64,000 nt of DNA from positions 1,105,170 to 1,169,169 of the forward strand of contig JBJBBS010000001.1 in NCBI GenBank assembly GCA_047286215.1, in the 5' to 3' direction. The stretch's first letter is position 1. Each line of letters begins with the position of its first letter. Below are positions 1 to 9,274 of the stretch, one piece after another. The translations under genes and the position numbers were made by a program. This DNA comes from Synechococcus sp. GTDB taxonomy: Bacteria; Cyanobacteriota; Cyanobacteriia; PCC-6307; Cyanobiaceae. The notes under the pieces are model-generated. The model was not told where the DNA came from, searched no databases, and was given only the letters and a program-made list of their open reading frames with translations.

Positions 1-28
1 TGATCACCCCAGCCCTCCGAGCCGCGTC

Positions 29-367
29 ATGCCACTGATCAATCTCTGCACGTCACTCCCCAGCGTTGATGCTGGGGAAGACTTGCTTCAGCTTCTCTCT
101 TCAACCCTGGCTGAGCAGACCGGGAAACCAGAGGCCTATGTCATGACACTTCTGCAGACCGGTGTGTCGATGACTTTCGCTGGCACCACGGAACCTGCCG
201 CTTATGTGGAGATCAAATCCATCGGTTCTCTTCGTCCTCAGTCCATGGCTGCAACTTTTTGCACATTGATTCAGGAGCACACAGGGATTCCTGCGAGCAG
301 GATTTATATCGGCTTCGATGATGTGCCCGCCAGCTTGTGGGGTTGGAAGGGATCCACATTCGGTTGA
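29..367 (+). CDS. Macrophage migration inhibitory factor (MIF)/phenylpyruvate tautomerase family protein
   Basis: N-terminal Met-Pro (catalytic Pro1), 'GKPEAYVM', 'EPAAYVEIKSIG', C-terminal 'WGWKGSTF'; 112 aa. Confidence 0.9.
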   Translation: MPLINLCTSLPSVDAGEDLLQLLSSTLAEQTGKPEAYVMTLLQTGVSMTFAGTTEPAAYVEIKSIGSLRPQSMAATFCTLIQEHTGIPASRIYIGFDDVPASLWGWKGSTFG

Positions 368-419
368 ACTGGCTCTGAGTGGTTGAGACCCATACCCTGG
401 ATGCCCTTGCATCAGGTCC

Positions 420-944
420 ATGGCAGTGCTTGGACGTCAGGCCATTTTGAGAGCGATCGACCGTGGTGCCATTTCCATTACGCCCTTCGATCCCCAAAGG
501 GTTGGACCCGCTTCCGTGGATCTCACCCTCGCAAGTAGTTTCAGGGTGTTCCGCAAGGTTCATGAAGTGGTCGATGTGGATGAGCACACCGATTACCGCT
601 CATTTACCGACAAGGTTGATGTGGCTAAGGGCAGTCACATTCTGATCATGCCTGGGGAAACGATTCTTGGAATCACTCAAGAGCGCTTGCGGCTGAGTCC
701 GGGGCTTTGTGGATGGCTTGAAGGGAGAAGTCGCTTCGCAAGGCTCGGCTTAATGGTTCACATCAGTGCTCCATTCATGGGCCCAGGGATTGATAGCCAG
801 CAAGTGCTGGAAATGAGTAATTTCGGTCCTGCTCCGTTGGCTGTGCATCCCGGGACTGCGATCTGTCAGTTCATTTTTCAGGCTCTCGATGGGGAGGAGC
901 AGTACCAAGGACGCTTTGCTGGACAGAGCCAACAGAGCTTCTGA
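420..944 (+). CDS. dcd: dCTP deaminase
   Basis: 'PASVDLTL', 'LEGRSRFARLGL', 'LEMSN', 'ICQFIF'; dUTPase-like trimeric fold motifs. Confidence 0.85.
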   Translation: MAVLGRQAILRAIDRGAISITPFDPQRVGPASVDLTLASSFRVFRKVHEVVDVDEHTDYRSFTDKVDVAKGSHILIMPGETILGITQERLRLSPGLCGWLEGRSRFARLGLMVHISAPFMGPGIDSQQVLEMSNFGPAPLAVHPGTAICQFIFQALDGEEQYQGRFAGQSQQSF

Positions 945-958
945 TCGGATTCCTCACG

Positions 959-1486
959 TCAGCTCGCTACACCGCAGGCGATGCGAGCGCCGCCACCGCC
1001 AAGGGATGGTGTGTCGGTGTAGGTATCTCCGCCGGCATGCACGATTACGGCCCGACCATGCAGGTCTGCGGCATTCAGCCGGGGTGCCACGACGTTGGTG
1101 CGCGTCAAGCCATCGGCATCAACAATCAAGCGGCTTAAATCGCCACGATGCCCATCGCCAAAAGGCCCTTGATGAGTGTTGGTGTTGTCAGGATCCCAAT
1201 GTCCGAGAGCGGCCAGGCCTGCAACGGCGACACCATCGCCATTGCGAGCGTTTTCGCATGATTCACCGGCGTGTAAGTGGAACCCATGCTCCCCTTCACG
1301 CAAGCCTTGGAGTGATGGTCTGATCAGCAAGCCATCGGATGTGTCTTGAGCTTCGATTGTTCCGATCGACTCGCCGATGCCTTCTCCACTGATGCTGTAC
1401 ATCGTGATGCTGAAGCTGTCCGCGAAGGCTGCTCCGGGCCATAGCAGGAGGCCGCACAGCGAAAGAAGGCTGACCAGTCGACGCAT
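959..1486 (-). CDS. sodC: Cu/Zn superoxide dismutase, exported
   Basis: 'HGFHLH', 'GHWDP', 'HQGP', 'GHRGDL', 'VIVHAGGD', 'GGGGARIACG'; signal peptide from MRRLVSLL (start trimmed from ORF-track 1606). Confidence 0.95.
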   Translation of the reverse strand: MRRLVSLLSLCGLLLWPGAAFADSFSITMYSISGEGIGESIGTIEAQDTSDGLLIRPSLQGLREGEHGFHLHAGESCENARNGDGVAVAGLAALGHWDPDNTNTHQGPFGDGHRGDLSRLIVDADGLTRTNVVAPRLNAADLHGRAVIVHAGGDTYTDTPSLGGGGARIACGVAS

Positions 1487-1673
1487 GTGATGCAGATTGA
1501 TTACAAACATTCTGAGGTCATCCCCGCCTTGGTGTGGTCTCGGCGGTTTCAACGTGGGCTTGCGTGTCAGGTTTTGCCCTGAGGGCCAGATGCATTGTTC
1601 ACGCAAACATGCCGATTCTTCTCTGAGACTCTTGTGATCTCAACTTTGTCCTTGACATCACTGGACAATCAAA

Positions 1674-1934
1674 ATGAAGTTCACATGCCAGATCATGCGA
1701 ATTGCAGACTTTCTGTATCGAAGGCTCGGGCTCAATATTTATAAGGCTGCACCGAACTTGCGAGCTCAGACCCATGAGCATCACACGCCAGCTTTGTCTC
1801 AGATTGCTTCCGAGAAGCATGAGGCGCCTTTGCAGCATGCTGCACCGGAGCTCGATGTGATTCACATCGGTCCACGCGGCGGTCGCTACAAATTCGATTC
1901 CAAAGGCCGCAAGATCTACCTCAAGGCTGGCTAA
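1674..1934 (+). CDS. Small hypothetical protein with C-terminal GPRGG-x-Y basic adaptor-like motif
   Basis: C-terminus 'IHIGPRGGRYKFDSKGRKIYL' resembles the PBCV basic adaptor motif. Confidence 0.5.
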   Translation: MKFTCQIMRIADFLYRRLGLNIYKAAPNLRAQTHEHHTPALSQIASEKHEAPLQHAAPELDVIHIGPRGGRYKFDSKGRKIYLKAG

Positions 1935-2042
1935 TTCGTTGCAACGCTGATCTTGAATGATTCGTTGGCCGCTGGACATCAACATCTTGATCTGAAGCGT
2001 CGTCTCTCTGAGGCAGGATCAGTCGATTGATGCAAGACCTTG

Positions 2043-2319
2043 GTGCAAGCGATTTTTAACAGGACGGTTCGCGCCGAAAGTGATGACATTGTCATGGTGG
2101 ATGGCAATGCTTATTTCCCTTACCAAACGATGCAAAAAAATTTTTCGTTCATCTTCCTGTTCAACGGTGTGCGCTTGGACAGGCACGGCTTGTTACTGGG
2201 AAGTTGTGGTTGGTGATGCACTGATCTCCAACGCAGTGTGGAGCTACGACTCACCCAAACCACAGGCGGAGCGGATTCGTGAGCGATGCCCCTTTCATCG
2301 GGGTAAGAGGGTTAGGTGA
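2043..2319 (+). pseudogene. DUF427-family gene split by a frameshift
   Basis: Frame 1 from GTG 2043 'MQAIFNRTVRAESDDIVMVDGNAYFP' continues in another frame as 'STVCAWTGTACYWEVVVGDALISNAVWSYDSPKPQAERI'; the switch lies at the A7/T5 run 2134-2145; the total of 277 nt is 3n+1. Confidence 0.75.
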
Positions 2320-2328
2320 GTTAAACGG

Positions 2329-2532
2329 TCAACGCCGGCGGTTCCGCCTGTTGGCTTTACGTGTGCCGCCGTACTGATACCCCGCTTGTGACTTCAGCCT
2401 CGGCCAGCATTCAGGACAAACCATCGTCCACTGGCTCATCAGGCTAGTGCGCACGCGGAAGTGCAAAGGTCCTGGATTGCCGCACACCTCGCATTGAATG
2501 GTTTGATCGCCGACGTCCACTCCTGCCATCAC
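2329..2532 (-). CDS. Small CxxC...CxxC (zinc-ribbon-like) hypothetical protein
   Basis: 'CEVCG' and 'CPECW' pairs, basic C-tail 'YQYGGTRKANRR'; 4-bp overlap with upstream gene. Confidence 0.7.
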   Translation of the reverse strand: MMAGVDVGDQTIQCEVCGNPGPLHFRVRTSLMSQWTMVCPECWPRLKSQAGYQYGGTRKANRRNRRR

Positions 2533-2990
2533 GAGGCGTTTGTCTCTTCCAGCATGAACTCCTGGTGACGTCGCTCTAGTTGCCTCAATGAGTCTTGGAA
2601 GTGTTTGCGGCCGGGTTCAAGTTTCACGACCATGGGACGCTCTCCAAACAACACCATGGCGATCGCTTCCTGGCTGGGCTCATAGGTTCGAAGAGCCTTG
2701 CGAATGGTTTCTTTGCTGGTCTTATCTCCGAGGCATTCCAGCGCTGCTTGAGCATCGGAACCCGTGAGATAGAACGGCCTGAATTGGCCTGGCTCATCAC
2801 TCCATGGCCACGGCCCAGATCTGGTTGTGGTTGCACGCACCACCAGTAACCCTGAACCTTTGGCTTGGAACCCTTTCCATGCCCAGGCTTCCAACAGCAG
2901 ACGATGCTCTTGGAACCATCGGGCTTCGCGGTCGAGAGCCTGATGGCACCGGCCTGTGAGTGTGGAATCTGTGATTCGGTTCACCGTCAT
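2529..2990 (-). CDS. Hypothetical protein
   Basis: Long ORF, probable start MTVNRITD at 2990; translationally coupled to the downstream ORF. Confidence 0.65.
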   Translation of the reverse strand: MTVNRITDSTLTGRCHQALDREARWFQEHRLLLEAWAWKGFQAKGSGLLVVRATTTRSGPWPWSDEPGQFRPFYLTGSDAQAALECLGDKTSKETIRKALRTYEPSQEAIAMVLFGERPMVVKLEPGRKHFQDSLRQLERRHQEFMLEETNAS

Positions 2991-3052
2991 GGTGTTGACA
3001 GCAAGCTGTGCTGGTTGATGAGAGTTTGTAGGGTGATGCTGGAAAAGTAAAA

Positions 3053-3086
3053 TGTGCAACCTTCATTGATCAATGAACGCGGCTCA
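3053..3086. promoter_or_regulatory. Tandem MetR-like operator sites
   Basis: TGTGcaaccTTCA (3053-3065) and TGAAcgcggCTCA (3074-3086), 21 bp apart; the MetR consensus is TGAA-N5-TTCA. Confidence 0.45.
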
Positions 3087-3996
3087 TGAGCATGCCCTGC
3101 AAAGGGTTCATCTTCAGATCATTGTTGAAGTAGAGCGGCAGGGCTCATTGACCGCAGCAGCTGAAACCTTGTCATTGACGCAGTCGGCTCTTAGTCATTC
3201 AATCAAGAAACTTGAAAAACAACTTGGAGTCTCGATCTGGGTGCGTGATGGACGTCGTCTGCACCTCACTGCAGCAGGACACTATCTGTTGCTATTGGGT
3301 GAACGACTTCTCCCGCAGCTCTCACTGGCAGAGGTTCATCTTGCTCAGTATGCGAATGGTGTGCGTGGCACGTTGCGCGTGGGGATGGAATGTCACCCCT
3401 GTTATCAGTGGCTTCTGAAGGTGACTGAACCTTATTTGCGTTCCTATCCAGATGTGGATATCGATGTGATTCAAAAGTTTCAGTTTGGGGGTTTGGATGC
3501 ACTGGTCAATCACGAAATCGACGTGCTTGTTACCCCAGATCCTGTTTTCAAGAAGGGTCTTTATTTCGAACCTGTTTTTGATTATGAACAAGTTCTTGTG
3601 GTGTCTGCCGATCACCCGTTGACATCACAGTTATGGGTGAAGCCACAAGACTTGAAAGACGAGACTTTGTTCTCTTATCCCGTCAGTTTGGAGAGACTTG
3701 ATATTTATCGATCTTTTTTCACGCCTGCTGGGCTTGCGCCGGCTCGCCACAAGCGTGTTGAAACCACAGACATGATTTTGCAAATGGTGGCTTGTGGTCG
3801 GGGTGTGACTGCATTGCCGCGTTGGCTTGCGGAGGGCTATGCGGAATCCATGGATTTGGCGGTGCTTCGTTTGGGTGAAGACGGCATTGCCAAGCAGATC
3901 CATCTCGGTCTTCGAGATGAGGCTCTGAGATGTGACTACATGGCTGGTTTCGTGCAGGAGGCACAATCGTCAAGATCAGCGTCATCAACCGCTTGA
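3073..3996 (+). CDS. metR: LysR-family regulator, MetR type
   Basis: LysR HTH 'GSLTAAAETLSLTQSALSH' and MetR-typical 'LRVGMECHPCYQWL', 'RLDIY', 'QMVACGRGVTALPRW'. Confidence 0.8.
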   Translation: MNAAHEHALQRVHLQIIVEVERQGSLTAAAETLSLTQSALSHSIKKLEKQLGVSIWVRDGRRLHLTAAGHYLLLLGERLLPQLSLAEVHLAQYANGVRGTLRVGMECHPCYQWLLKVTEPYLRSYPDVDIDVIQKFQFGGLDALVNHEIDVLVTPDPVFKKGLYFEPVFDYEQVLVVSADHPLTSQLWVKPQDLKDETLFSYPVSLERLDIYRSFFTPAGLAPARHKRVETTDMILQMVACGRGVTALPRWLAEGYAESMDLAVLRLGEDGIAKQIHLGLRDEALRCDYMAGFVQEAQSSRSASSTA

Positions 3997-4015
3997 CTGC
4001 AAAGCAATTGCTCGT

Positions 4016-4534
4016 TCAGCGTCCGAGGGCGGCATCACGCCATGGATATCTCCCATGTTTGATCAGGCAATCCCGGTTGCGACGTGCCACATCCGCCGTC
4101 GCATGATCCACCCATTGCTCCATCAAAGGGATGACCCCTTCCACACGGGTGAGACATTCCGCATGTAGGAGAGGCATTAGCCAAAACTGACGGCGCGCTT
4201 TGACTGTTTCACGCATGATCCAGCCTCGCTGAAAAGCCAATGTGCTGAGGTGTTGTGCGTGTTTATCACCCCGAAACGCCCTTGCCTGACCCCTCCAGAT
4301 CTGACGTGCGAATTGATCAAGGAGCAGTATGAGCGCGAGAGCTGATTCAGAGTGCTGCTCCCAATGTTCTAACCCGCCTTGCTGTGCCGTTTCCGTTAAT
4401 TCCTGGAACCGGCAACGCAGTGTTGCGTCGAAGCAGTCGTCCTGTCGGAACCACTGCCAAGGTTTGCAATCGTTGAACCAGAAGTTGAGGATCTCCTCTG
4501 CCTGCTGATCGCCCTTAGCTGGCATCGCGCACAC
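4016..4534 (-). CDS. DUF924 family protein
   Basis: 'ILNFWF', 'WFRQDDCFD', 'ILLLDQFARQIWRG', 'FWLMPLLHAE', 'GRYPWRD..LGR'. Confidence 0.85.
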   Translation of the reverse strand: MCAMPAKGDQQAEEILNFWFNDCKPWQWFRQDDCFDATLRCRFQELTETAQQGGLEHWEQHSESALALILLLDQFARQIWRGQARAFRGDKHAQHLSTLAFQRGWIMRETVKARRQFWLMPLLHAECLTRVEGVIPLMEQWVDHATADVARRNRDCLIKHGRYPWRDAALGR

Positions 4535-4838
4535 GCTTCACGGCAAGGCCCGCCTCGACTGCAGTCACCCCGGCAAGAGCAATCAAGCCAAGCAGTCCGA
4601 TGAGTTGGTTGCGCATGTCAGGCTCCGCCTCGGCGTTTTGGCTCAAGAAAGCTCCAGCCAGAAACCATGCGGTGGCCAGCGATGACGTGAACCAGTAGGC
4701 CTTCCACCGCCGTTGATACAAATAACCGGCACCCAGGCCGGGGATCACGTTCAACACCACAGCCACCCAGCCAGCAGAAGCAGCCAGGATTTGCGCATCA
4801 TTCGGCTTGGGTAAGGCTTCAGAGGTTGACGATCTCAT
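4515..4838 (-). CDS. Small membrane protein (TM2-like 'LNVIPGLGAGYLYQRRWKAYW')
   Basis: Three hydrophobic segments; ATGA overlap with upstream gene at 4835-4838. Confidence 0.7.
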   Translation of the reverse strand: MRSSTSEALPKPNDAQILAASAGWVAVVLNVIPGLGAGYLYQRRWKAYWFTSSLATAWFLAGAFLSQNAEAEPDMRNQLIGLLGLIALAGVTAVEAGLAVKRVRDAS

Positions 4839-5074
4839 GAGCTCTTCTGGCTTGCGGCATAGGCAACGGCACCACCAGCCACCAGCGTCAGTAGACCAGT
4901 GCTCACAAGAAAGCCTGTCAGCATGATCAGCCCAAGAAAGGATCCGAGCAGAGACATTTTCACCCGGAGCAATTTTGATTTCATCAGCATCACCAGGAGC
5001 AGCAGCACGGTGGCTTTCAGTCCTGCGATCTTGGCTGCGCTGACTGGGCAGAACGGAATGAGAGGGGGAAGCAT
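4835..5074 (-). CDS. Small hydrophobic hypothetical protein
   Basis: Two hydrophobic stretches; coupled to the downstream gene. Confidence 0.55.
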   Translation of the reverse strand: MLPPLIPFCPVSAAKIAGLKATVLLLLVMLMKSKLLRVKMSLLGSFLGLIMLTGFLVSTGLLTLVAGGAVAYAASQKSS

Positions 5075-5132
5075 GAAAGTGGAACTGCACAGGGGTGCGA
5101 CGCTGTCACTCTGACGTTTCCAGAGTTCTCCT

Positions 5133-5534
5133 GTGGATCAGCGTGTTCAAGACCTGTTGGATTGGTTGCGTCGTGGGCTGCTGCCGCTGATGCTCTTGGC
5201 TCTGCTTGTGATGCCGATCAGGGTTGATCCTGTGGCAGCGGCATGGATTTGTGATGGTGATCGACTCACCGCGGAGACCATTCACTTGGGCCGTGATGCG
5301 ATTGGAACAACCACGGAGCCGATTCCCAATATCAGCGATGGCACCTTGCCCGGTGACTTGATTCTGCTCACTTGGCGCGGCGTGTCGATTCAGCTGCCTC
5401 GCACTAACAATGCCGGCGTTCCCAGCTATACCGATGGACGTTGGTGGTGGCAGGAGGAAGATCCCGACCATCCCGACTTTCGCCAGAGGCGATCATCGAT
5501 CATTCGCTACCGATGCGAAGTGGAAGTGTCTTGA
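5133..5534 (+). CDS. Hypothetical exported protein
   Basis: Signal-like N-terminus; 'WICDGD', 'LPRTNNAGVPSYTDGRWWW'. Confidence 0.65.
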   Translation: MDQRVQDLLDWLRRGLLPLMLLALLVMPIRVDPVAAAWICDGDRLTAETIHLGRDAIGTTTEPIPNISDGTLPGDLILLTWRGVSIQLPRTNNAGVPSYTDGRWWWQEEDPDHPDFRQRRSSIIRYRCEVEVS

Positions 5535-5707
5535 TGAGTTGTTAGGCCGGTGCAGCCAATCCTTGGAGAAGGATGTATTCGTAGGCCGCTGCCGCTAAAA
5601 GCAAAGCTCCAATCACACCGATTAGCACGCGACCATCCATGTCTTTAGAGGTTGAGAGCTGCAAGGCAGCGGAAAACCCAATTTAAGCTCAATTAGTTTT
5701 GTTGGTG

Positions 5708-6853
5708 TCAGGATTTGTTGCGCTTCCGTCGTTGTTCCTCTTCTTCAAAGCGGTCGGTTTCCTCCAGGATCCAACCGTCATCTCGCATCATCGAGTTGAT
5801 GACCTGATCGCGATAGTCGACTTCGAGTGCACCATTGTTTCCAAAAGCAGCCATGACTTTCTCGCGATCGCGGATAATCTCTTCACGGAATAACTCGTAG
5901 AGATCTGGATTTTCGATCAGCACAGGATCGGGCTCGTCATTCAGCCTCCAGAGCCATCTGTAGAAGAAGGGCTTGTGTTTTGCTTTGATCTGCACAATGC
6001 GCATGAGTTCGTTGGTTGTGAATAGATCACAGCGGGTTTGAGCCTCCCAGATTTCCTCGTTGCTGAGGGCTCCTGACGCATGTTTGCAGTGATCAAACAG
6101 GGCTTTGATGGTCTGCTGAGGTGTTGGCTTGAACGACAGGGATTCAGGGTCAATGCCTTCCTGAACCAGATACACCATCCGATTGAGGGCGTCTTTGGTG
6201 AACGTGCCCGTTAGGGCATAGACGGTCGCTGCTTTGCGGATGTCCCAGAACCAGCCAGGATTGTCGTTGCAGGCAGCGGTAATCAGGGCATCGAATTCGT
6301 GCTGGGCAATGGCACTGATGTGGATCGATAAGGCCTGAATCGCCGTTGCGAACTCATTCTCGAGCGTCTGATCAAATCCCTGTTGATGAGCCTGGTAGGT
6401 GGCACTGCTGCGCCATTGCTCTGAAGTGCCGTTCCATGGCAGGGGTGGTTCTGGATTTCGGAACAGCTGAAATCTTTCCTTGCCCTCCAGGCTCCAGTTG
6501 TAGGCCTTCAAATCCTCGGAATTGACTCCTTCCACGAGGTGAAAATCAACCTCTTGATCCGTCGACACCAAGCGCACAACAGCAAGCGTGCTCTTCGGTA
6601 ACGCGATGGTGTCGATGGCGATCACGCCTTCTCCTTCACTGGAGAGTTCAATCAATCGGCCTGCATTGCGGTGGCTGAAGCTATGTAGGCAACTGTCTGG
6701 ACTGCGTTCGCAGCGTAGTTTCTTGGTGAATGGATCGATGCTGATGGCGTATGACCCAATCGGATCGCCACTCAGGCCGTTCGGAATCCAGGTGCTTTCA
6801 TCATCCCGGCAGATGAACACAACGCGATTGTCGATCTGCTGGCCCAAGGTCAT
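5708..6853 (-). CDS. Hypothetical protein (381 aa, no recognised family)
   Basis: Long uninterrupted ORF with normal amino-acid composition. Confidence 0.7.
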   Translation of the reverse strand: MTLGQQIDNRVVFICRDDESTWIPNGLSGDPIGSYAISIDPFTKKLRCERSPDSCLHSFSHRNAGRLIELSSEGEGVIAIDTIALPKSTLAVVRLVSTDQEVDFHLVEGVNSEDLKAYNWSLEGKERFQLFRNPEPPLPWNGTSEQWRSSATYQAHQQGFDQTLENEFATAIQALSIHISAIAQHEFDALITAACNDNPGWFWDIRKAATVYALTGTFTKDALNRMVYLVQEGIDPESLSFKPTPQQTIKALFDHCKHASGALSNEEIWEAQTRCDLFTTNELMRIVQIKAKHKPFFYRWLWRLNDEPDPVLIENPDLYELFREEIIRDREKVMAAFGNNGALEVDYRDQVINSMMRDDGWILEETDRFEEEEQRRKRNKS

Positions 6854-7006
6854 GGATGAGAATGTTCAAACATGATCGCCTGTGCTGCGTTTGAGTGCTC
6901 CGCTCAGGCGCAGAACAACCACTAATTCACAACGCAACGACTTCAAGCGATCGCCCAGTGACGAATCAGCTCGGACCGTTGTCAGTGGAAGGGGTTGGGA
7001 ATGTTT

Positions 7007-7141
7007 TTAAGCTGGGTGCAGTCGTTCCGCGGGTCTGAGCACGTTGTCTAGGTTCTCGGTAGGTGTTTCTTCCTGTCCAGCCAGGAATGCGCCGATCACG
7101 CCAAGTGCGAACAAGAAAATGAGAAGGAATAAGTATTTCAT
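7007..7141 (-). CDS. Small single-TM protein
   Basis: MKYLFLLIFLFALGVIGAFLAG..., 44 aa. Confidence 0.45.
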   Translation of the reverse strand: MKYLFLLIFLFALGVIGAFLAGQEETPTENLDNVLRPAERLHPA

Positions 7142-7272
7142 GTTGTTGACTTGCGGAGTCTGATTGTATTTGGTTGCTTGATGAGGCAGTGAGAAGCTTG
7201 TTTTATTGCAAAATGGGTTTATTGATGGCCACCCTGCGTGCCATGAGTGATTGCACTGCCTACCTGCAGATC

Positions 7273-7725
7273 TCATTTTTGAGATGGGCTTTCTTCCGAT
7301 GGGGCCTTCTCAGATTTGACCTTGGCGTTTGATGCTTGCACGATGACCCAAGCGATATAGCCAACGAAGAGTAGAACCAGTCCCGCCGCTGGCAAGTAAG
7401 AGTCCAAGCCGATTTGGTATGGAGGGAGTGAGTTGGGTAGCAGTCCTTCAGCCTGAAGCCCTTCCTTCCACCCTTCGTCGAGTTCGTAATAACGTTCTCC
7501 CGCGTCATTCGTTTGATTGTTGACTTCGGCGATGACATATCGGTCAATATAAACTTTGTATGGAACCAGAAAGCTTTCAGTATTCACCATGGCTGCATAG
7601 CAGCTGTTGATTTCTCTGCCTTGTTCGTTGGTAAGCTTGAAGTAGGTAATCCCTTTGACACATTTTAGGCTCTCACTGGTCCCAAAGCTGTAGAGAAAGC
7701 CCAGGGAGGGTGATGATAAGGACAT
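7273..7725 (-). CDS. Hypothetical membrane-anchored protein
   Basis: 150 aa, C-terminal TM 'AAGLVLLFVGYIAWVIV'. Confidence 0.6.
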   Translation of the reverse strand: MSLSSPSLGFLYSFGTSESLKCVKGITYFKLTNEQGREINSCYAAMVNTESFLVPYKVYIDRYVIAEVNNQTNDAGERYYELDEGWKEGLQAEGLLPNSLPPYQIGLDSYLPAAGLVLLFVGYIAWVIVQASNAKVKSEKAPSEESPSQK

Positions 7726-8099
7726 TGCGTAATCTCGATTTTAAAAGAAGATTAGGATGGGCTCTCCTGCAAGGCAAGTGCTCAATTTCAGTTGGCATGA
7801 TTCATGCATAGAATGCTTTCCTTCGGCTAGCATGATCTACCCTTGTATCGAAAGATTGTCATAACAGCTTTCATCTGAATGACGCCAGGAGTTCATCGTT
7901 CGCACTGCCAATGTGAGACGGTGTTGTGGTGTGAAGTTGCTCGGTGGCTCGGCTGCATCAATTCAGAATGCATCCATTGATGGAAATGTCGGCTTGATGG
8001 GAGCCGTTTTGTGAGTTTGTCTTCTCGTTCTCTCGTTAAGCTGCTTTACAAGCCTCACGTTTGTTTCAGACACAGTTCCCAGCTATCGCGACGACTTCG

Positions 8100-8300
8100 A
8101 TGCAACTACATGATCCGCGATGGATTTTGGTGGCCTGGCTTGTTGTGGCCTTGGCGAGTGCCCTGCGCTTTTGGCGAATAACCGAACCTTTCCGTGCCCG
8201 CTTGCAGCGTCAGCAGCGTCTCGAAGGCATGAGCGCTGAGCAGGCCAGGGAATCCTTGGAGCGCTCATGGCACAAACGTGACGCGACCAACCAACGCTGA
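8100..8300 (+). CDS. Small membrane hypothetical protein
   Basis: N-terminal TM followed by a basic helix 'EQARESLERSW'. Confidence 0.6.
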   Translation: MQLHDPRWILVAWLVVALASALRFWRITEPFRARLQRQQRLEGMSAEQARESLERSWHKRDATNQR

Positions 8301-8313
8301 AGACCATCACGAC

Positions 8314-8667
8314 ATGGTTGATCCCACACCTCAACAACAGCTCGAACAGGAGTTGGCCCAAGCCAAGGACCGTGGTCGTTGGCTAAGCGACGAGGAGCTC
8401 GATCAGCAGCAACGCGACGAGCAGCAAGCCCTTGTTGAACAACAAGAGCAGGACCAGCACCGACTCAAGTTGGCTGCCTTAGCTGTCGTGTGTGTCGTGA
8501 TACCGCCGTTATGGCCTGTTGCCTTTGGCTTGACTCTGCATCTCCTCTTTCCGAAGACTTTTCGACGTTTGCTATGGATCGCCGGTGGCAGTGCCGTTCT
8601 TCTGGCATTGATCACGCTTGGGATGGGGTTGGCTATTGCAACGCTTTTGTGGATGCTGATTCAGTGA
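8314..8667 (+). CDS. Hypothetical membrane protein
   Basis: Gln-rich coiled N-terminus 'GRWLSDEE' and two C-terminal TM segments. Confidence 0.65.
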   Translation: MVDPTPQQQLEQELAQAKDRGRWLSDEELDQQQRDEQQALVEQQEQDQHRLKLAALAVVCVVIPPLWPVAFGLTLHLLFPKTFRRLLWIAGGSAVLLALITLGMGLAIATLLWMLIQ

Positions 8668-8847
8668 GTCAATTCAATTCCGTCGTTCGAAGTTCGATGA
8701 TTTGGATCCGAAATCTTTGTGATGTTTGAGACTTTATGCGCTTTTTGCATTCATAATTTAAAAGCTCGTGCGTGTGGTGACACAGACCGCGAGCGAAGGC
8801 TCCTCAGCTGTTCGCGACAGCTGATCGAGTCTTCATGGTTTTGTGCA

Positions 8848-8946
8848 TCATGTCTGGAGGATCAGCCAGGCCAGGGAGCTGCCTAGTACCAGAGAGGCAA
8901 GTCCGAGGAGTGCTTTCCAGAAGCGTGGGTCGTTGGGCTCAAACAC
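8848..8946 (-). CDS. Putative 32-aa single-TM microprotein
   Basis: GTG start, MFEPNDPRFWKALLGLASLVLGSSLAWLILQT*; below the ORF-track cutoff. Confidence 0.4.
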   Translation of the reverse strand: MFEPNDPRFWKALLGLASLVLGSSLAWLILQT

Positions 8947-8964
8947 ACGTTTGGTTCGGTCAGA

Positions 8965-9123
8965 TCAACCAATCAGTTTGATCGATCCATTATCGACCTG
9001 CCGTAGAAGATCTCTGCGAAGTCTGAGATCTTGATCATCCAGGTTCTGAAGCTGCAACAACGAGCGATAGGTGTCGAGGCTGATGCAGCTGTGGAGCTTG
9101 GCGTTGAGATAGAGCTCAACCAT
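8965..9123 (-). CDS. 52-aa hypothetical protein
   Basis: MVELYLNAKLHSCISLDTYRSLLQLQNLDDQDLRLRRDLLRQVDNGSIKLIG*; recalled as a picocyanobacterial small-protein type; below the cutoff. Confidence 0.6.
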   Translation of the reverse strand: MVELYLNAKLHSCISLDTYRSLLQLQNLDDQDLRLRRDLLRQVDNGSIKLIG

Positions 9124-9274
9124 TCTGTAACCAGAGTTGCCAAAAGCCTAGTGACGCGATGGGGGCGACCGAGACCTCCTTTCCAGTTACGCGCTCGATG
9201 AGGCAACACTGGGAGTGCTGGCAGGTTTTTTGCTGCTGTTCAGCCTCGATACATGCGAGGGATTAAGACAGGCG

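Noticed and set aside
2529-2990. Weak resemblance to the carboxysome chaperone CcmS ('AWAW.G...G', 'YEPSQE')
   Set aside because: Too few matching residues by eye and no carboxysome genes nearby; would need HHpred.
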